The notes under the pieces: model-generated
Told to the model about the DNA's origin: nothing
Seen by the model: the letters and a program-made list of their open reading frames with translations, nothing else
The model's database searches: none
NCBI GenBank assembly: GCA_949289845.1
Contig: CASEPN010000003.1
Coordinates: 77,558-141,557 of the forward strand
DNA from: an uncultured Bacillota bacterium
Lineage (GTDB): Bacteria; Bacillota_I; Bacilli_A; RFN20; CAG-826
Direction: 5' to 3'
DNA length: 64,000 nt
Shown: positions 39,973-49,425 of the stretch, one piece after another
Numbering within the stretch: the first letter of the stretch is position 1
Layout of the letters: each line of letters starts with the position of its first letter
Position numbers and translations under genes: made by a program

Positions 39973-40677
39973 ATGGCCGAGAAAGAAAACGAAGTGAAAG
40001 CCGCCGAGCCCGAGAAGAAGCCCGCGCGGAAGAAGAGGGATTGGAAGCTCTGGAAGGAGTTCAAGGCCTTCATGAACCGTGGCAACGCGATGGATCTTGC
40101 CATCGGCGTCGTCATCGGCGGAGTGTTCAACGCGATCGTCACCGCGCTGACCAACATCCTGCTCTCCATCTGCACCTGGGCCGTCCCGGGCGGACTTGCC
40201 GGGCTCGTCACCGTGCTCCCGCCGGTCAGCGCCGGTCAGGACCCGACCAATGTCGACCCGAGCTGGCAGGCCAGCTACACCGGCGCCGAGTTCCTCGACA
40301 AGGTCAATGAGCTGACCGAGGCCGGCGCGAACGTCACCGTCTTCACCTCCAGCTACACCCAGCACGGCACCTCCTACTACTACAACGGGGCCGCGATCAT
40401 CGACTGGGGCGCCTTCATAAATGCCGTCATCACCTTCGTCCTCGTCGGACTGACCCTCTTCGTCATCGTCAAGGTCTACAACTACCTGAAGGCCCAGAAG
40501 GAGAAGCTCGCCGCCGAGGCGCTCGAGCGCTACTACCTCGCCCACCCCGAGGAGCGTCCCGTCCCGCCCGAGCCCGGGAAGCCCGAGCCCACTGAGAAGG
40601 ACCTCCTCAAGGGCATCCTCGTTGAGCTCCAGAAGCAGAACGGGGGAGAGGCCGCTTCCGCTGAGAAGAAGGCCTGA
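39973..40677 (+). CDS. mscL: large-conductance mechanosensitive channel MscL with expanded periplasmic loop and C-terminal extension
   Basis: FKAFMNRGNAMDLAIGVVIGGVFNAIV (S1/TM1 signature); 234 aa versus ~130-150 typical. Confidence 0.85.
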   Translation: MAEKENEVKAAEPEKKPARKKRDWKLWKEFKAFMNRGNAMDLAIGVVIGGVFNAIVTALTNILLSICTWAVPGGLAGLVTVLPPVSAGQDPTNVDPSWQASYTGAEFLDKVNELTEAGANVTVFTSSYTQHGTSYYYNGAAIIDWGAFINAVITFVLVGLTLFVIVKVYNYLKAQKEKLAAEALERYYLAHPEERPVPPEPGKPEPTEKDLLKGILVELQKQNGGEAASAEKKA

Positions 40678-41777
40678 TGCTTCGGAGTCTTTCCTTCGAA
40701 GGAATCGAAAATTTCAGGGACCTAGGAGGCTACCAGGCCTCCTATGGCCCCACCGAGTTCGGGGTCATCTATCGCTCCGGCTCTTTGAGCGACATGACGG
40801 ATGCCGACCTTCGGTTCATCGAGGGCCTCGGCATCCGTTCCGTCGTCGACCTCAGGAGCGATGAGGTCAAGGCGAACTACTCGGACCGCACCAGGGAGAT
40901 CGAGGGCATCGCCCACTACTCCCTCTCGGTGAACGGGAACGGTAGGCTCGCCAAGGACCGGGAAGACATGGTCGAGAGCTATCTCGAGATGCTCGAGGAG
41001 CCTCATCAGGCCAGGATGATCCTCATGGCAATCGCCCATGTCGAGAAGCCGCTCATCCTGCATTGCGTCGCCGGGAAGGACAGGACCGGCGTTTTTGCTT
41101 TCCTGACCCTCTTGGCCAACGGCGTTTCCTTCGAGGACGCGAACGCGGACTACCTCGTGAGCCCCGTCTACTTGGGAAAGCTCAGGGCCCGCTCCCTTGA
41201 GAGGAATCCAGATTTCCCCAAGGCAGTGATGGATCCTGACGCCCTCTTCATGACGGAGGTGTGGGATAGGTTCCTAGATCGATACGGCTCGCTCGACTCC
41301 TACCTTGAGGACTTCCTCATGATGGGGGAGGACGACATCCGCCTCCTCAAAAACTGCCTCGGGATGCAGGAGCGCTCCTACGGGGCGGTCCTGTTCGACG
41401 AGGAAAGAAAGGTTCTCGTGGAGCGGATGCAGCATGGCCATTTTTCCCTCCCCAAGGGTCACGTGGAGCCTTTTGATAAATCCCCGGAGGACACCGCAAG
41501 GCGTGAAATCCTTGAGGAAATCGGCCTCAAACTTGAGATTTTGTCCCCTAAGACCACCTCGATCGAATACTCGCCCTACCCCGGGAAGGCCAAGAGAGTG
41601 ACCTTCTTCATCGGTCGGAGCATCGGTGGCGAGGAAAAGCCCCAGAAGGAGGAGGTCTCCTCCCTCCACTGGCTGGATCCAGAGGATGCCTTGCGGTGCC
41701 TGACGCACGATAGCGACCGCTACGTGCTCCGGTGGGCCGTCCAGGAACACTCGCTCCTGGGGAAGAAGTACCTCTAG
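40677..41777 (+). CDS. fusion protein: tyrosine/dual-specificity phosphatase-like (Y_phosphatase3, CX5R) plus NUDIX hydrolase
   Basis: HCVAGKDRTG P-loop. Nudix box GHVEPFDKSPEDTARREILEEIGL. ATG overlaps the mscL stop. Confidence 0.7.
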   Translation: MLRSLSFEGIENFRDLGGYQASYGPTEFGVIYRSGSLSDMTDADLRFIEGLGIRSVVDLRSDEVKANYSDRTREIEGIAHYSLSVNGNGRLAKDREDMVESYLEMLEEPHQARMILMAIAHVEKPLILHCVAGKDRTGVFAFLTLLANGVSFEDANADYLVSPVYLGKLRARSLERNPDFPKAVMDPDALFMTEVWDRFLDRYGSLDSYLEDFLMMGEDDIRLLKNCLGMQERSYGAVLFDEERKVLVERMQHGHFSLPKGHVEPFDKSPEDTARREILEEIGLKLEILSPKTTSIEYSPYPGKAKRVTFFIGRSIGGEEKPQKEEVSSLHWLDPEDALRCLTHDSDRYVLRWAVQEHSLLGKKYL

Positions 41778-42685
41778 AGCGATTCCGCGATGTGTCGCGC
41801 GTAGATGAGGGCCACGTTCACCGACGTGGCCTTTTCTATTCCCTGGAGGAAGGCGTTGCTATTCACCTCGCAGAGGATGGGTCCCCCGTCTTCTGCTCTC
41901 AGAAGGTCCACCCCGCAATAATCGAGCCCAATTGCCTTGGCGGCCTTTTCGGCAACCTCAACAAAGGCCGGTTCGGGCTCGATCGCGATCCCTTGCCCCC
42001 CTTGCGCCAGATTGCTCCTGAAGTCGTGCGGGTTTTCCCGCCGCATGGCGGCCACGCATCTCCCTCCGATGACGATGAGGCGATAGTCGATGCCGTGCTC
42101 CTTTCGGATCCACTCCTGGTAGAGCCTGAGCATGTAGCGGTTCTCCCTTTCGAAGCCTATGACTTCCTGGAGCGTATTCAAAAGGAATACGGAGTTGCCC
42201 ATAGAGCCGTAGGAGAGCTTCGCGACCAAGGGAAGACCCAACTCCTCGACCACCCGTTGGGGGAAGTCCTCCTGGATGGCCTCGCTATAGGTCAAGGGTC
42301 CTGTGATTGTCTTTGGAATTCGGATGCCCGTTCCTTCTAAGGCCAGGTATGTCTTTGCCTTGTCATCGCAAATCTCGATGGAAGAGGCGGTGTCGAAGAG
42401 GCGGAAGCCTGCCTTCTCAAGGCCATGGGATACATAGTGGTCCTTATCTAGATACAGGACGAAGGCGTTCTCTTTGGCCAGGGAAGTGACCCTTCTTTCT
42501 CTTCCAAGGTAGGTGAGAATCTCCTTGTTCCTATGTGCCTCGAGTTCATAGCCAAGAGAGAGGAGTTCCTCTTTCATTCGTAGATAGAAGTTCTCCAGTC
42601 CGGGGAGGACCTTGTACGCATTGAGGACGCATGCCGCTTTTCGCATGATGAGATTATAGAGCGGAGAGTGTGCAAAAACTTTCAC
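41774..42685 (-). CDS. RimK-family ATP-grasp ligase
   Basis: ATP-grasp fold with RimK-like C-terminal motifs (NLAQGG, IGLDYCGVDLL). Confidence 0.75.
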   Translation of the reverse strand: MKVFAHSPLYNLIMRKAACVLNAYKVLPGLENFYLRMKEELLSLGYELEAHRNKEILTYLGRERRVTSLAKENAFVLYLDKDHYVSHGLEKAGFRLFDTASSIEICDDKAKTYLALEGTGIRIPKTITGPLTYSEAIQEDFPQRVVEELGLPLVAKLSYGSMGNSVFLLNTLQEVIGFERENRYMLRLYQEWIRKEHGIDYRLIVIGGRCVAAMRRENPHDFRSNLAQGGQGIAIEPEPAFVEVAEKAAKAIGLDYCGVDLLRAEDGGPILCEVNSNAFLQGIEKATSVNVALIYARHIAESL

Positions 42686-42716
42686 CGCATCCTCCGCTTA
42701 GGTATATCTTTTTGGT

Positions 42717-44381
42717 ATGCCAAACCACGGAACGGTCTATGTCGCGATGCCGAGCCTTCACCTAGGAGAACCCCTGAAGACAGCGGAGGAATTTTCCGCC
42801 ATTCTCAAAAAATGCAGATTTGAGGACGAGGATATTCTGATTTATCCCGCTGACGCGGTTCTCGGGGATATTGGGAGCCTTCAATACAACCAGGACCTCC
42901 AGGACGCGAGGAACAAGGCCGAGAGCCTCCTGTCGCTTGCGATGCCTTGCAACAGCGGGCTCAGCATCTTCCCTCACCTCGAGGAAGGGGAGTGGCTTGG
43001 CTATCGGAACGGTATGCTCGTGAGCGAGAACCCTATCCAAGAAGTGATGGGCATGCCTGCGATCATCCTTACTTACGGAGAGAAGGGGGATGAGCAGTCG
43101 ATAGAGGTGTTCTTCAACCAGGAGCCGGACTATCTTTGCAAGAAAGGCCACCTGCTTTCTCGTCTTGGGTCTCTTTGCATCGTCGTGTGCAATGATTCTG
43201 GAGAAAGTTCTGGGAAAGGTTCCTATAGCGGACAGGTTTTCTCGAATCTACCTAGTGTTTCATGGGGTACTCGCAGAATCCATTCCTTCATCATCGCTGA
43301 ACATCAGTCGGAAGAATTTTCGCCAACTTACTTCCCCTACACTGACTTTGAACGTGAGGAGACGCCTTCCGCGCTTCCCTTCATTCCGAACGGGGGCACC
43401 TACGAGAACATTATCCTTAAGGACGTCGAAGATGCCTTCTCGATTCTCTCCAACGCGCTGGCCAGGAGGCTGGAACGGATTGGATCTGACAAGGTGGTGA
43501 TAGGCCTTTCCGGAGGACTTGATTCCACCCTTACCCTCCTTGTAGCAATTGAGGCATTCAAAAATGCACAGCTTTCAAATGGCTTGGGCAACGAAGACCT
43601 CAAAGATCACATATTCCTCTACTCTCTCCCCTGCTTCGGAACTTCCAAGACAACGCTAGGGAACATCAACCTACTTTCCGAAGCCTCCGGTATCCCGGTG
43701 AAGGAGATTTCAATCAAGGAAAGCGTGCTCCAGCACTTTAAAGACATCGGGCATGACCCCTCCATCACCAATAGCGCTTTCGAGAATGCGCAGGCGAGAG
43801 AACGCACCCAGGTGCTTATGGATCTCGCCAATGACATCGGCGGACTGATGGTAGGGACTGGGGACATGTCGGAGCTCGCCCTCGGCTGGACGACGTTCGG
43901 CGGTGATCACCTTTCCATGTACGACACGAACGCCGGCGTCCCGAAGACCATGGTGCGCTACCTTTGCCTCGGCTATGCAAAGCTCCATCCTGAGTTCGAG
44001 AAGGCTGTCCAATCAATCATCGGAACCCCAGTCTCTCCTGAGCTTCTTCCCACCGACAAGGAAGGTTCGATCGCCCAGAAGACCGAGGAGGCCCTTGGCC
44101 CCTATGAGGTGATGGACTATTTCCTCTATGGGTTCCTTTCGTCGGCTCCAATCAGGATGATCTATGAGAAAGCCTGCAAAACCTTCGCCAACCAGTATGA
44201 TTCCGAGCAGTTGAAGCGGTGGCTCTCGCTATTCATCAGAAGGTTCGTCAACCAGTCCTTCAAGAGGAACTGCCTTTGCGATGGGCCGGTCCTTCTCCCG
44301 TTCTTCCTGGGCGGGTCCGGCTATCGCTTCCCGGGCGACATGGATCCTTCCTACCTCCTTCGGGTCGTGGAAGCGCTTTGA
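42717..44381 (+). CDS. nadE: NAD+ synthetase (long form with degenerate N-terminal CN-hydrolase-like domain)
   Basis: PP-loop VVIGLSGGLDSTL. Confidence 0.85.
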   Translation: MPNHGTVYVAMPSLHLGEPLKTAEEFSAILKKCRFEDEDILIYPADAVLGDIGSLQYNQDLQDARNKAESLLSLAMPCNSGLSIFPHLEEGEWLGYRNGMLVSENPIQEVMGMPAIILTYGEKGDEQSIEVFFNQEPDYLCKKGHLLSRLGSLCIVVCNDSGESSGKGSYSGQVFSNLPSVSWGTRRIHSFIIAEHQSEEFSPTYFPYTDFEREETPSALPFIPNGGTYENIILKDVEDAFSILSNALARRLERIGSDKVVIGLSGGLDSTLTLLVAIEAFKNAQLSNGLGNEDLKDHIFLYSLPCFGTSKTTLGNINLLSEASGIPVKEISIKESVLQHFKDIGHDPSITNSAFENAQARERTQVLMDLANDIGGLMVGTGDMSELALGWTTFGGDHLSMYDTNAGVPKTMVRYLCLGYAKLHPEFEKAVQSIIGTPVSPELLPTDKEGSIAQKTEEALGPYEVMDYFLYGFLSSAPIRMIYEKACKTFANQYDSEQLKRWLSLFIRRFVNQSFKRNCLCDGPVLLPFFLGGSGYRFPGDMDPSYLLRVVEAL

Positions 44382-44423
44382 CCTTTTGGTGTGTCTTTCC
44401 CGCGCCCGTGCTACAATCGCGAC

Positions 44424-45401
44424 ATGGGCAGGAAAAGCAAGAATCCTATCGTCCTTTCCGATAAGGAACGGGAAGGCATGACCGTCGAGGAGCAGGCGCA
44501 GACCGCCTCCTACGAGGCGCAAAGCGCGGAGAACGTCCGCAAGGAGAAGAAGGAACGCAAGAAGAAGTCCCTTTCCCGCGAGATCCTTCGCTTCGTGATC
44601 GTGGGCGTCATCTGCACGATCATCGACTTCCTTGTCCAGATGCTCTTCTTCTGGGTATTCGAGAACAATCTCTCGACCCAGGAGGGCTGGGGGAGCTACG
44701 TCGCCTTCGCGATCGCTGTCACTGTTGCCTTCCTTGTCGCGAACGCGGTCAACTTCCTCTTCTCCCGCTTCTTCGTGTTCCAGAACGTGGACGAGAAGGC
44801 GGACACGAAGTCAGGCAAGGCTTTCCTGATCTACCTTGGCCTTGGCGCCGGCGGTTGGCTCATCGGCGTAGGGCTCCAGGAGCTTGGGGTCTGGATTTGC
44901 CAAAGCTGCCTCGGGATCGAGAACCTCTCGCTCAACATCGTCAACGCCTTCGACGGCGTTCTCGCCGGTGGAGTCATCGGCGAGGCCTTCTGGGCGTTCG
45001 TCGTCATCTTCTGCGTGAAGACGCTCGTCACGATGGTCTACAACTACATCACGAGGAAGCTCATCATCTTCCGTGCCCCGAAGAAAGAAGAGGAGACCTT
45101 CCATCCGGTCGACCTCGATATTCCCGCGGAGGAGCCCGGCCAGGCTCCTTGCCAGAAGGAAGAAGCCGCTTCTTCCAAGGCTGGCGACGCCTCTTCCGGG
45201 ACAACGCCCGCTCCCGTGAAGGAACCTCTCGTCACCGTCGGGAACTTCCGCACGATCTTCCGCGAGGAGCTCGAGCGGCTCTTCGGCCCCGGCAAGAAGA
45301 GGGCGGACGTCGGCACCGGCTGGCGGATCGTCTACGAGGAGCTGGAGGCGTTCGACAAGGAACACCCCGAGCTCGTAAAGAAGGGCAAGGAAGGGAACTA
45401 G
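44424..45401 (+). CDS. GtrA-family membrane protein with long N- and C-terminal soluble extensions
   Basis: GtrA core (REILRFVIVGVICTIIDF ... four TM helices). C-tail ~130 aa, E/K/P-rich. Confidence 0.7.
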   Translation: MGRKSKNPIVLSDKEREGMTVEEQAQTASYEAQSAENVRKEKKERKKKSLSREILRFVIVGVICTIIDFLVQMLFFWVFENNLSTQEGWGSYVAFAIAVTVAFLVANAVNFLFSRFFVFQNVDEKADTKSGKAFLIYLGLGAGGWLIGVGLQELGVWICQSCLGIENLSLNIVNAFDGVLAGGVIGEAFWAFVVIFCVKTLVTMVYNYITRKLIIFRAPKKEEETFHPVDLDIPAEEPGQAPCQKEEAASSKAGDASSGTTPAPVKEPLVTVGNFRTIFREELERLFGPGKKRADVGTGWRIVYEELEAFDKEHPELVKKGKEGN

Positions 45402-45468
45402 TCCTTCCAGAACGTCGATGAGGGCGGCTCGTCCGCCCTTTTTCTTCGTTATTCCCTATAATCTCCCC

Positions 45469-46623
45469 ATGCGGATTGCGATCGTCGGTGCAGGCGCCTC
45501 TGGGCTTTTCTTAGCCAGGGCGCTCGCTCATAAGGGCATGGACATCGTCCTTTTCGAGCACAAGGACTCCGCAGGGAAAAAACTCATGGCTACCGGGAAC
45601 GGGCGCTGCAACATCCTGAACAAGGGCCTTTCACCTTACGCCTACAACAACCCTTCCTTCGTTGCTCCCCTGATCGAAGAATTCCCCTATTCCCGCCTCC
45701 ATGAAGTCATCGAGAAGGATTGGGGCGTCCCTCTTTACGAGATCGGCGAATACGTCTATCCCGCCAGCCTTTCGGCGATTGCCTTCGGGAACTATCTCCG
45801 GGGAGCGTTGGACGCGGAAATCCGCCTGAACTCAAGGGTAGGAGGCTACCGGGCCGACGAGGATGGAGTCACCCTCTTCCATGACGGCATCCGGGAACGA
45901 TTCGACGAGGTGGTCTTCGCCACGGGCGGTATGAGCGCTCCGAAGTTCGGAAGCGACGGATCGCTTGCCAAGGTGTTCGCGGAACACGGCTACAAGATTA
46001 GCGAGCTGCGTCCTGGTCTCACCCCCGTCCTCGTCGAAGAGAAAGAGGGGCTAAAGTCTATCTCTGGCGTCAGGATCAAGGCTCTGGTTCGTCTTATAGA
46101 CCAGGGACATGAGATAACCTCCGAAGAAGGGGAGGTGCTCTTCCGTAAGGATGGGCTCTCCGGGATCGTCATCTTCAATATGTCCTCCTCAATCGCGAGG
46201 AGGAACCTTTCGAACCCAGTCCTTGAGATCTTCCCCCTCCCGTCTGTCAAAGGGGACAGGGCAGCGATGCTATCCCGCTGGAAGGAGACATCCCCCGGCC
46301 ATTACCTGGAGTCCATCTTCGTGCCTTCCTTCGCCTCGTATCTTCTCGAACGTTCCAGAAGAACTGGGGTGCCTCTTGAGAATTTGATCGCTTCCATCTC
46401 CTTCCATTGGGCGGGAAATGGTGGTTTTGATGAGAGTACAGTCACCATTGGCGGCATCAAGACCAGTGAAATCTCTTCAGATTTCCACTCAATTCGCGAA
46501 AACCGCGTGTCGTTCATCGGGGAGTTGCTTGATATAGACGGAATTTGCGGAGGTTTTAACCTCTCCTTTGCCCTCATGTCCGCGCTGAAACTCGCCCAAT
46601 CGCTTCTGGATGGTATCCGCTGA
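45469..46623 (+). CDS. HI0933/BaiN-like NAD(P)/FAD-dependent flavoprotein
   Basis: Start MRIAIVGAGASGLF (GxGxxG); HI0933 family architecture. Confidence 0.75.
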   Translation: MRIAIVGAGASGLFLARALAHKGMDIVLFEHKDSAGKKLMATGNGRCNILNKGLSPYAYNNPSFVAPLIEEFPYSRLHEVIEKDWGVPLYEIGEYVYPASLSAIAFGNYLRGALDAEIRLNSRVGGYRADEDGVTLFHDGIRERFDEVVFATGGMSAPKFGSDGSLAKVFAEHGYKISELRPGLTPVLVEEKEGLKSISGVRIKALVRLIDQGHEITSEEGEVLFRKDGLSGIVIFNMSSSIARRNLSNPVLEIFPLPSVKGDRAAMLSRWKETSPGHYLESIFVPSFASYLLERSRRTGVPLENLIASISFHWAGNGGFDESTVTIGGIKTSEISSDFHSIRENRVSFIGELLDIDGICGGFNLSFALMSALKLAQSLLDGIR

Positions 46624-46626
46624 GCT

Positions 46627-46642
46627 GCTCTCTTAAGAGAGC
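46627..46642 (+). terminator. perfect palindrome GCTCTCTTAAGAGAGC (hairpin without U-tract) after the flavoprotein gene
   Basis: Read directly from the sequence. Confidence 0.35.
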
Positions 46643-46735
46643 ACCGCTTATCTCTTCGTTGACTAGCAGGGTGCGATGTCCTTAAATACGCGTGCGCCAC
46701 TCGACTGAGGGCGACTACATCATCGAGGTCTTTGC

Positions 46736-47710
46736 ATGAAGTACACAAACACTTCCAAGGTTCTTAGCCTGGTCTTCCACGGTCTTATGACCCTGGGATT
46801 CGGCGCCATGGGTATTTATTTCGCCTTCTTCGTCGTCCCCTTCGCCTTCACCACCAATCCTTACCAGTTCTCAAGCGGGCTTTTCCAGGCTAGCTACTAC
46901 CTCTACCTCGAGCTTGCCGTCCTCGGCATCGCCTTCTTTCTCATCTCCGGCTTTGGGACCTACAAGGCCTTTATGTCCATCTCCGGAGGGAAGGATTCCG
47001 ACGAGGCCGTCCGCACCTCCCTCACCTGCTTCATCACCGAGGGCTGGATTGGCGCGATCACCCTCTTCCTCGACGGCTCCGTCCTCTTTGACGCGATGAA
47101 GGGCTCCGCGAATGCCGAGATTACCTTCCCGATCGTCATGTGCGTCCTCGTCTCCATCGTGCTCCTCATCGCGACGAACATCCCGATGGTCAGGATGTAT
47201 GACGGACGGGACTACTCGCCGCTCCTTAAGTCGCTCCTCCTCGGAGGCGCGATTGTCATGATCACCCTCGCACTCGACTCCCTCTTCTCCCTGATCGGAC
47301 TCACCGCCAGGAGCTGGGACGCGAAGACGATGCCCTTCCTTTACCAGCTCATCGCCATCGTCATCCCTGCCGCCATTGCTGGCGGGCTCCTTCTCGCCGG
47401 AGGAATCCTCCTCCCGAAGAAAGAGGCTTCACCGAAGAAGATGCAGCTCGGGACGATCCTCCTTGGCGCCTCGATGATCATCGTCTCCGTCACGTTCCTG
47501 ACCCACGCCTCCCTCGAGTTCGTCTGGCAGGCCGACTATCGCTACCACCTTATCGGTCTCCTCAACGTCGAGAACGGCTTCCAGTACCCGGGGCTTGGCT
47601 ATGGGATCATGTCCGTGATCGCCGCCGCCTTCCTCATCGGGGGAGGGGTTGCCGCGATCCTCTTCTCTGGGAAAGGCGAAAAGAAGCCTGGCCCCAGGCA
47701 TCAGGCCTAA
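46736..47710 (+). CDS. hypothetical polytopic membrane protein
   Basis: Eight or more hydrophobic segments; no recognisable motif. TTGACT-17-TTAAAT promoter-like element upstream. Confidence 0.55.
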   Translation: MKYTNTSKVLSLVFHGLMTLGFGAMGIYFAFFVVPFAFTTNPYQFSSGLFQASYYLYLELAVLGIAFFLISGFGTYKAFMSISGGKDSDEAVRTSLTCFITEGWIGAITLFLDGSVLFDAMKGSANAEITFPIVMCVLVSIVLLIATNIPMVRMYDGRDYSPLLKSLLLGGAIVMITLALDSLFSLIGLTARSWDAKTMPFLYQLIAIVIPAAIAGGLLLAGGILLPKKEASPKKMQLGTILLGASMIIVSVTFLTHASLEFVWQADYRYHLIGLLNVENGFQYPGLGYGIMSVIAAAFLIGGGVAAILFSGKGEKKPGPRHQA

Positions 47711-47730
47711 AGGAAGAGGGCAATGGAAAA

Positions 47731-47755
47731 GGGAGGCGCGAGCCTCCCGCTTTTT
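47731..47755 (+). terminator. rho-independent terminator
   Basis: GGGAGGC-GCGA-GCCTCCC followed by GCTTTTT. Confidence 0.75.
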
Positions 47756-47768
47756 CGTCCTTTTGAAT

Positions 47769-48245
47769 CTAGTAGATGGGGGAGAAGTCGCGGACGACGA
47801 CCACCTCGTCGTAAAGCTCCCTCACCTCGTCGGAGATTGGCTCGAATTCCTCCCGGAAGCGCTCCATGACGTTCTCGGGGACGATCCTGCCCTCCTCGCG
47901 CATACGGTTCTGCCGGCAGCAGGTTTCGAATGGCATATCGAAGAACACGAGGACATGGCGGTCGAATCCCGGGGTCTCCTTCGCGTACATCGCGCGGAAC
48001 TTGTTCTGGAGGTTCGTGGCGTCGGCGATGACCGTCGCGTTCTCATCCTCCGCTCCGTAGCGGTTCAGTCTCTCAAGGAACGTCTTCCAGACAAGCCCCT
48101 CGTCCCGGAAGTCCTGGGCCTTTCCGAATAGTTCCTCGCGGATGGAGTCGGAGGAGACGATCTTGGTCTTCGGGTTCGCCCTCTGGTACTTGGCCGCCCA
48201 GGTGCTCTTCCCGCTCCCGGGGAGCGCGCTCAGGAGAATCATCGT
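47769..48245 (-). CDS. P-loop kinase-like ATP-binding protein (AAA_33 family)
   Basis: LLSALPGSGKST Walker A. Start chosen at MRTMILL. Confidence 0.6.
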   Translation of the reverse strand, partial: TMILLSALPGSGKSTWAAKYQRANPKTKIVSSDSIREELFGKAQDFRDEGLVWKTFLERLNRYGAEDENATVIADATNLQNKFRAMYAKETPGFDRHVLVFFDMPFETCCRQNRMREEGRIVPENVMERFREEFEPISDEVRELYDEVVVVRDFSPIY

Positions 48246-48361
48246 TCTCATACGGGCTGATTTTATAGAAGCGGAAAAGCGAATTCCTCCCTCCGTTGAT
48301 GAAAGCGATTGCATATCGCCCAATTGTTGGTAAAGGGATTTCCATCGCCCATAATGCAGCC

Positions 48362-49336
48362 ATGCAAGAGGAAGCGCTTCTCAAGGACATCGTTCTCTTC
48401 CGCCTCACCTCCTCGCCCCTCCTGGCGAAGGAAGTCGCGGACATCCTTTCCTTGCCCCTGGGGGAGTGCGAGGTCCGGCACTTCGCCGACGGCGAGGTCA
48501 TGGCGCGCCCCATCACGAACGTCCGCGGGAAGAAGGTGTACGTGATCCAGAGCACCTCCACCCCCGTCGCGGAGAGGCTCATGGAGCTTCTCATCTTCAT
48601 CGACGGGCTCAGGAACGCGAAGGCGAAGGAAGTGAACCTTGTCATCCCCTACTACGGATTCTGCCGTCAGGACCGCATCGCCCGTAGCGGGGAGCCGATC
48701 ACCGCGAAGCTCGTGGCAGACCTCCTGGAGACCGTCGGGGTCAACCGCGTCATCACGATGGACCTCCACACTCCCCAGACCCAGGGGTTCTTCTCCTGTC
48801 CCGTGGACGACCTTTCGCCCATCTCCCTCTTCGGGGAGTACTACCGGGCGAAGCTCAAGGAGATGGGGATCCCGACCTCCGAGGTCACCGTGGTCTCCCC
48901 GGACCATGGTTCGATCCACCGGGCAAGAGACCTTGCCAGCGAGCTTCCCGACAGCAGCCTCTCCATCATCGACAAGAGGCGCCCTGCCCCGAACGAGGCG
49001 GAGGTCATCAACGTGGTCGGCGAGGTCGAGGGGAAGACGTGCATCATCATCGACGACATCATCGACACGGCAGGGACGGTCCTCGCCTCCGCGGACACCT
49101 TGCGGGCGCACGGGGCCAAGGGGCTCCTTGTCGGCGGGACTCACGGAATCCTCTCCGGGGAGTCCGAGGAGAGGCTCCGCACCGCCTCCTTCATCCAGGA
49201 TCTCTGCCTCACCAACTCCATCGAGCGGGACATCCCCTGGGTGAGCAGAATCTCGATCGCCCCGATGATCGCGGGGGTGATCCGCGCTTCCGAGACCGGG
49301 CTTCCCGTCCCTGACGATTGGATGGCCTTTTATTGA
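48362..49336 (+). CDS. prs: ribose-phosphate pyrophosphokinase
   Basis: PRPP synthetase N- and C-domains. Start chosen at MQEEALLKDIVLF. Confidence 0.9.
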   Translation: MQEEALLKDIVLFRLTSSPLLAKEVADILSLPLGECEVRHFADGEVMARPITNVRGKKVYVIQSTSTPVAERLMELLIFIDGLRNAKAKEVNLVIPYYGFCRQDRIARSGEPITAKLVADLLETVGVNRVITMDLHTPQTQGFFSCPVDDLSPISLFGEYYRAKLKEMGIPTSEVTVVSPDHGSIHRARDLASELPDSSLSIIDKRRPAPNEAEVINVVGEVEGKTCIIIDDIIDTAGTVLASADTLRAHGAKGLLVGGTHGILSGESEERLRTASFIQDLCLTNSIERDIPWVSRISIAPMIAGVIRASETGLPVPDDWMAFY

Positions 49337-49361
49337 GAAAACCTCTCAATTCCCATATAAA
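49333..49361 (+). promoter_or_regulatory. sigma-70-like promoter TTGAGA-17 bp-TATAAA for the queT operon
   Basis: Hexamers and 17-bp spacing read directly. Confidence 0.5.
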
Positions 49362-49371
49362 ACTTTAGAAA

Positions 49372-49412
49372 ACGTGTTCTATCCTCTGAACCACGTCTAA
49401 AAAACAAGGAGG
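49372..49412 (+). promoter_or_regulatory. preQ1-I riboswitch candidate
   Basis: P1 ACGUG/CACGU; loop starts UUCUA (as in B. subtilis queC); A-rich tail CUAAAAAACAAGGAGG, whose GAGG can pair with loop CCUC to sequester the Shine-Dalgarno. Sits upstream of queT. Confidence 0.5.
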
Positions 49413-49425
49413 TCGCAGCAACCAT

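Noticed and set aside
47769-48245. P-loop kinase as a zeta-toxin-like toxin
   Set aside because: No upstream antitoxin-sized ORF. Convergent with a membrane-protein gene and followed by prs; more likely a housekeeping nucleotide/polynucleotide kinase.
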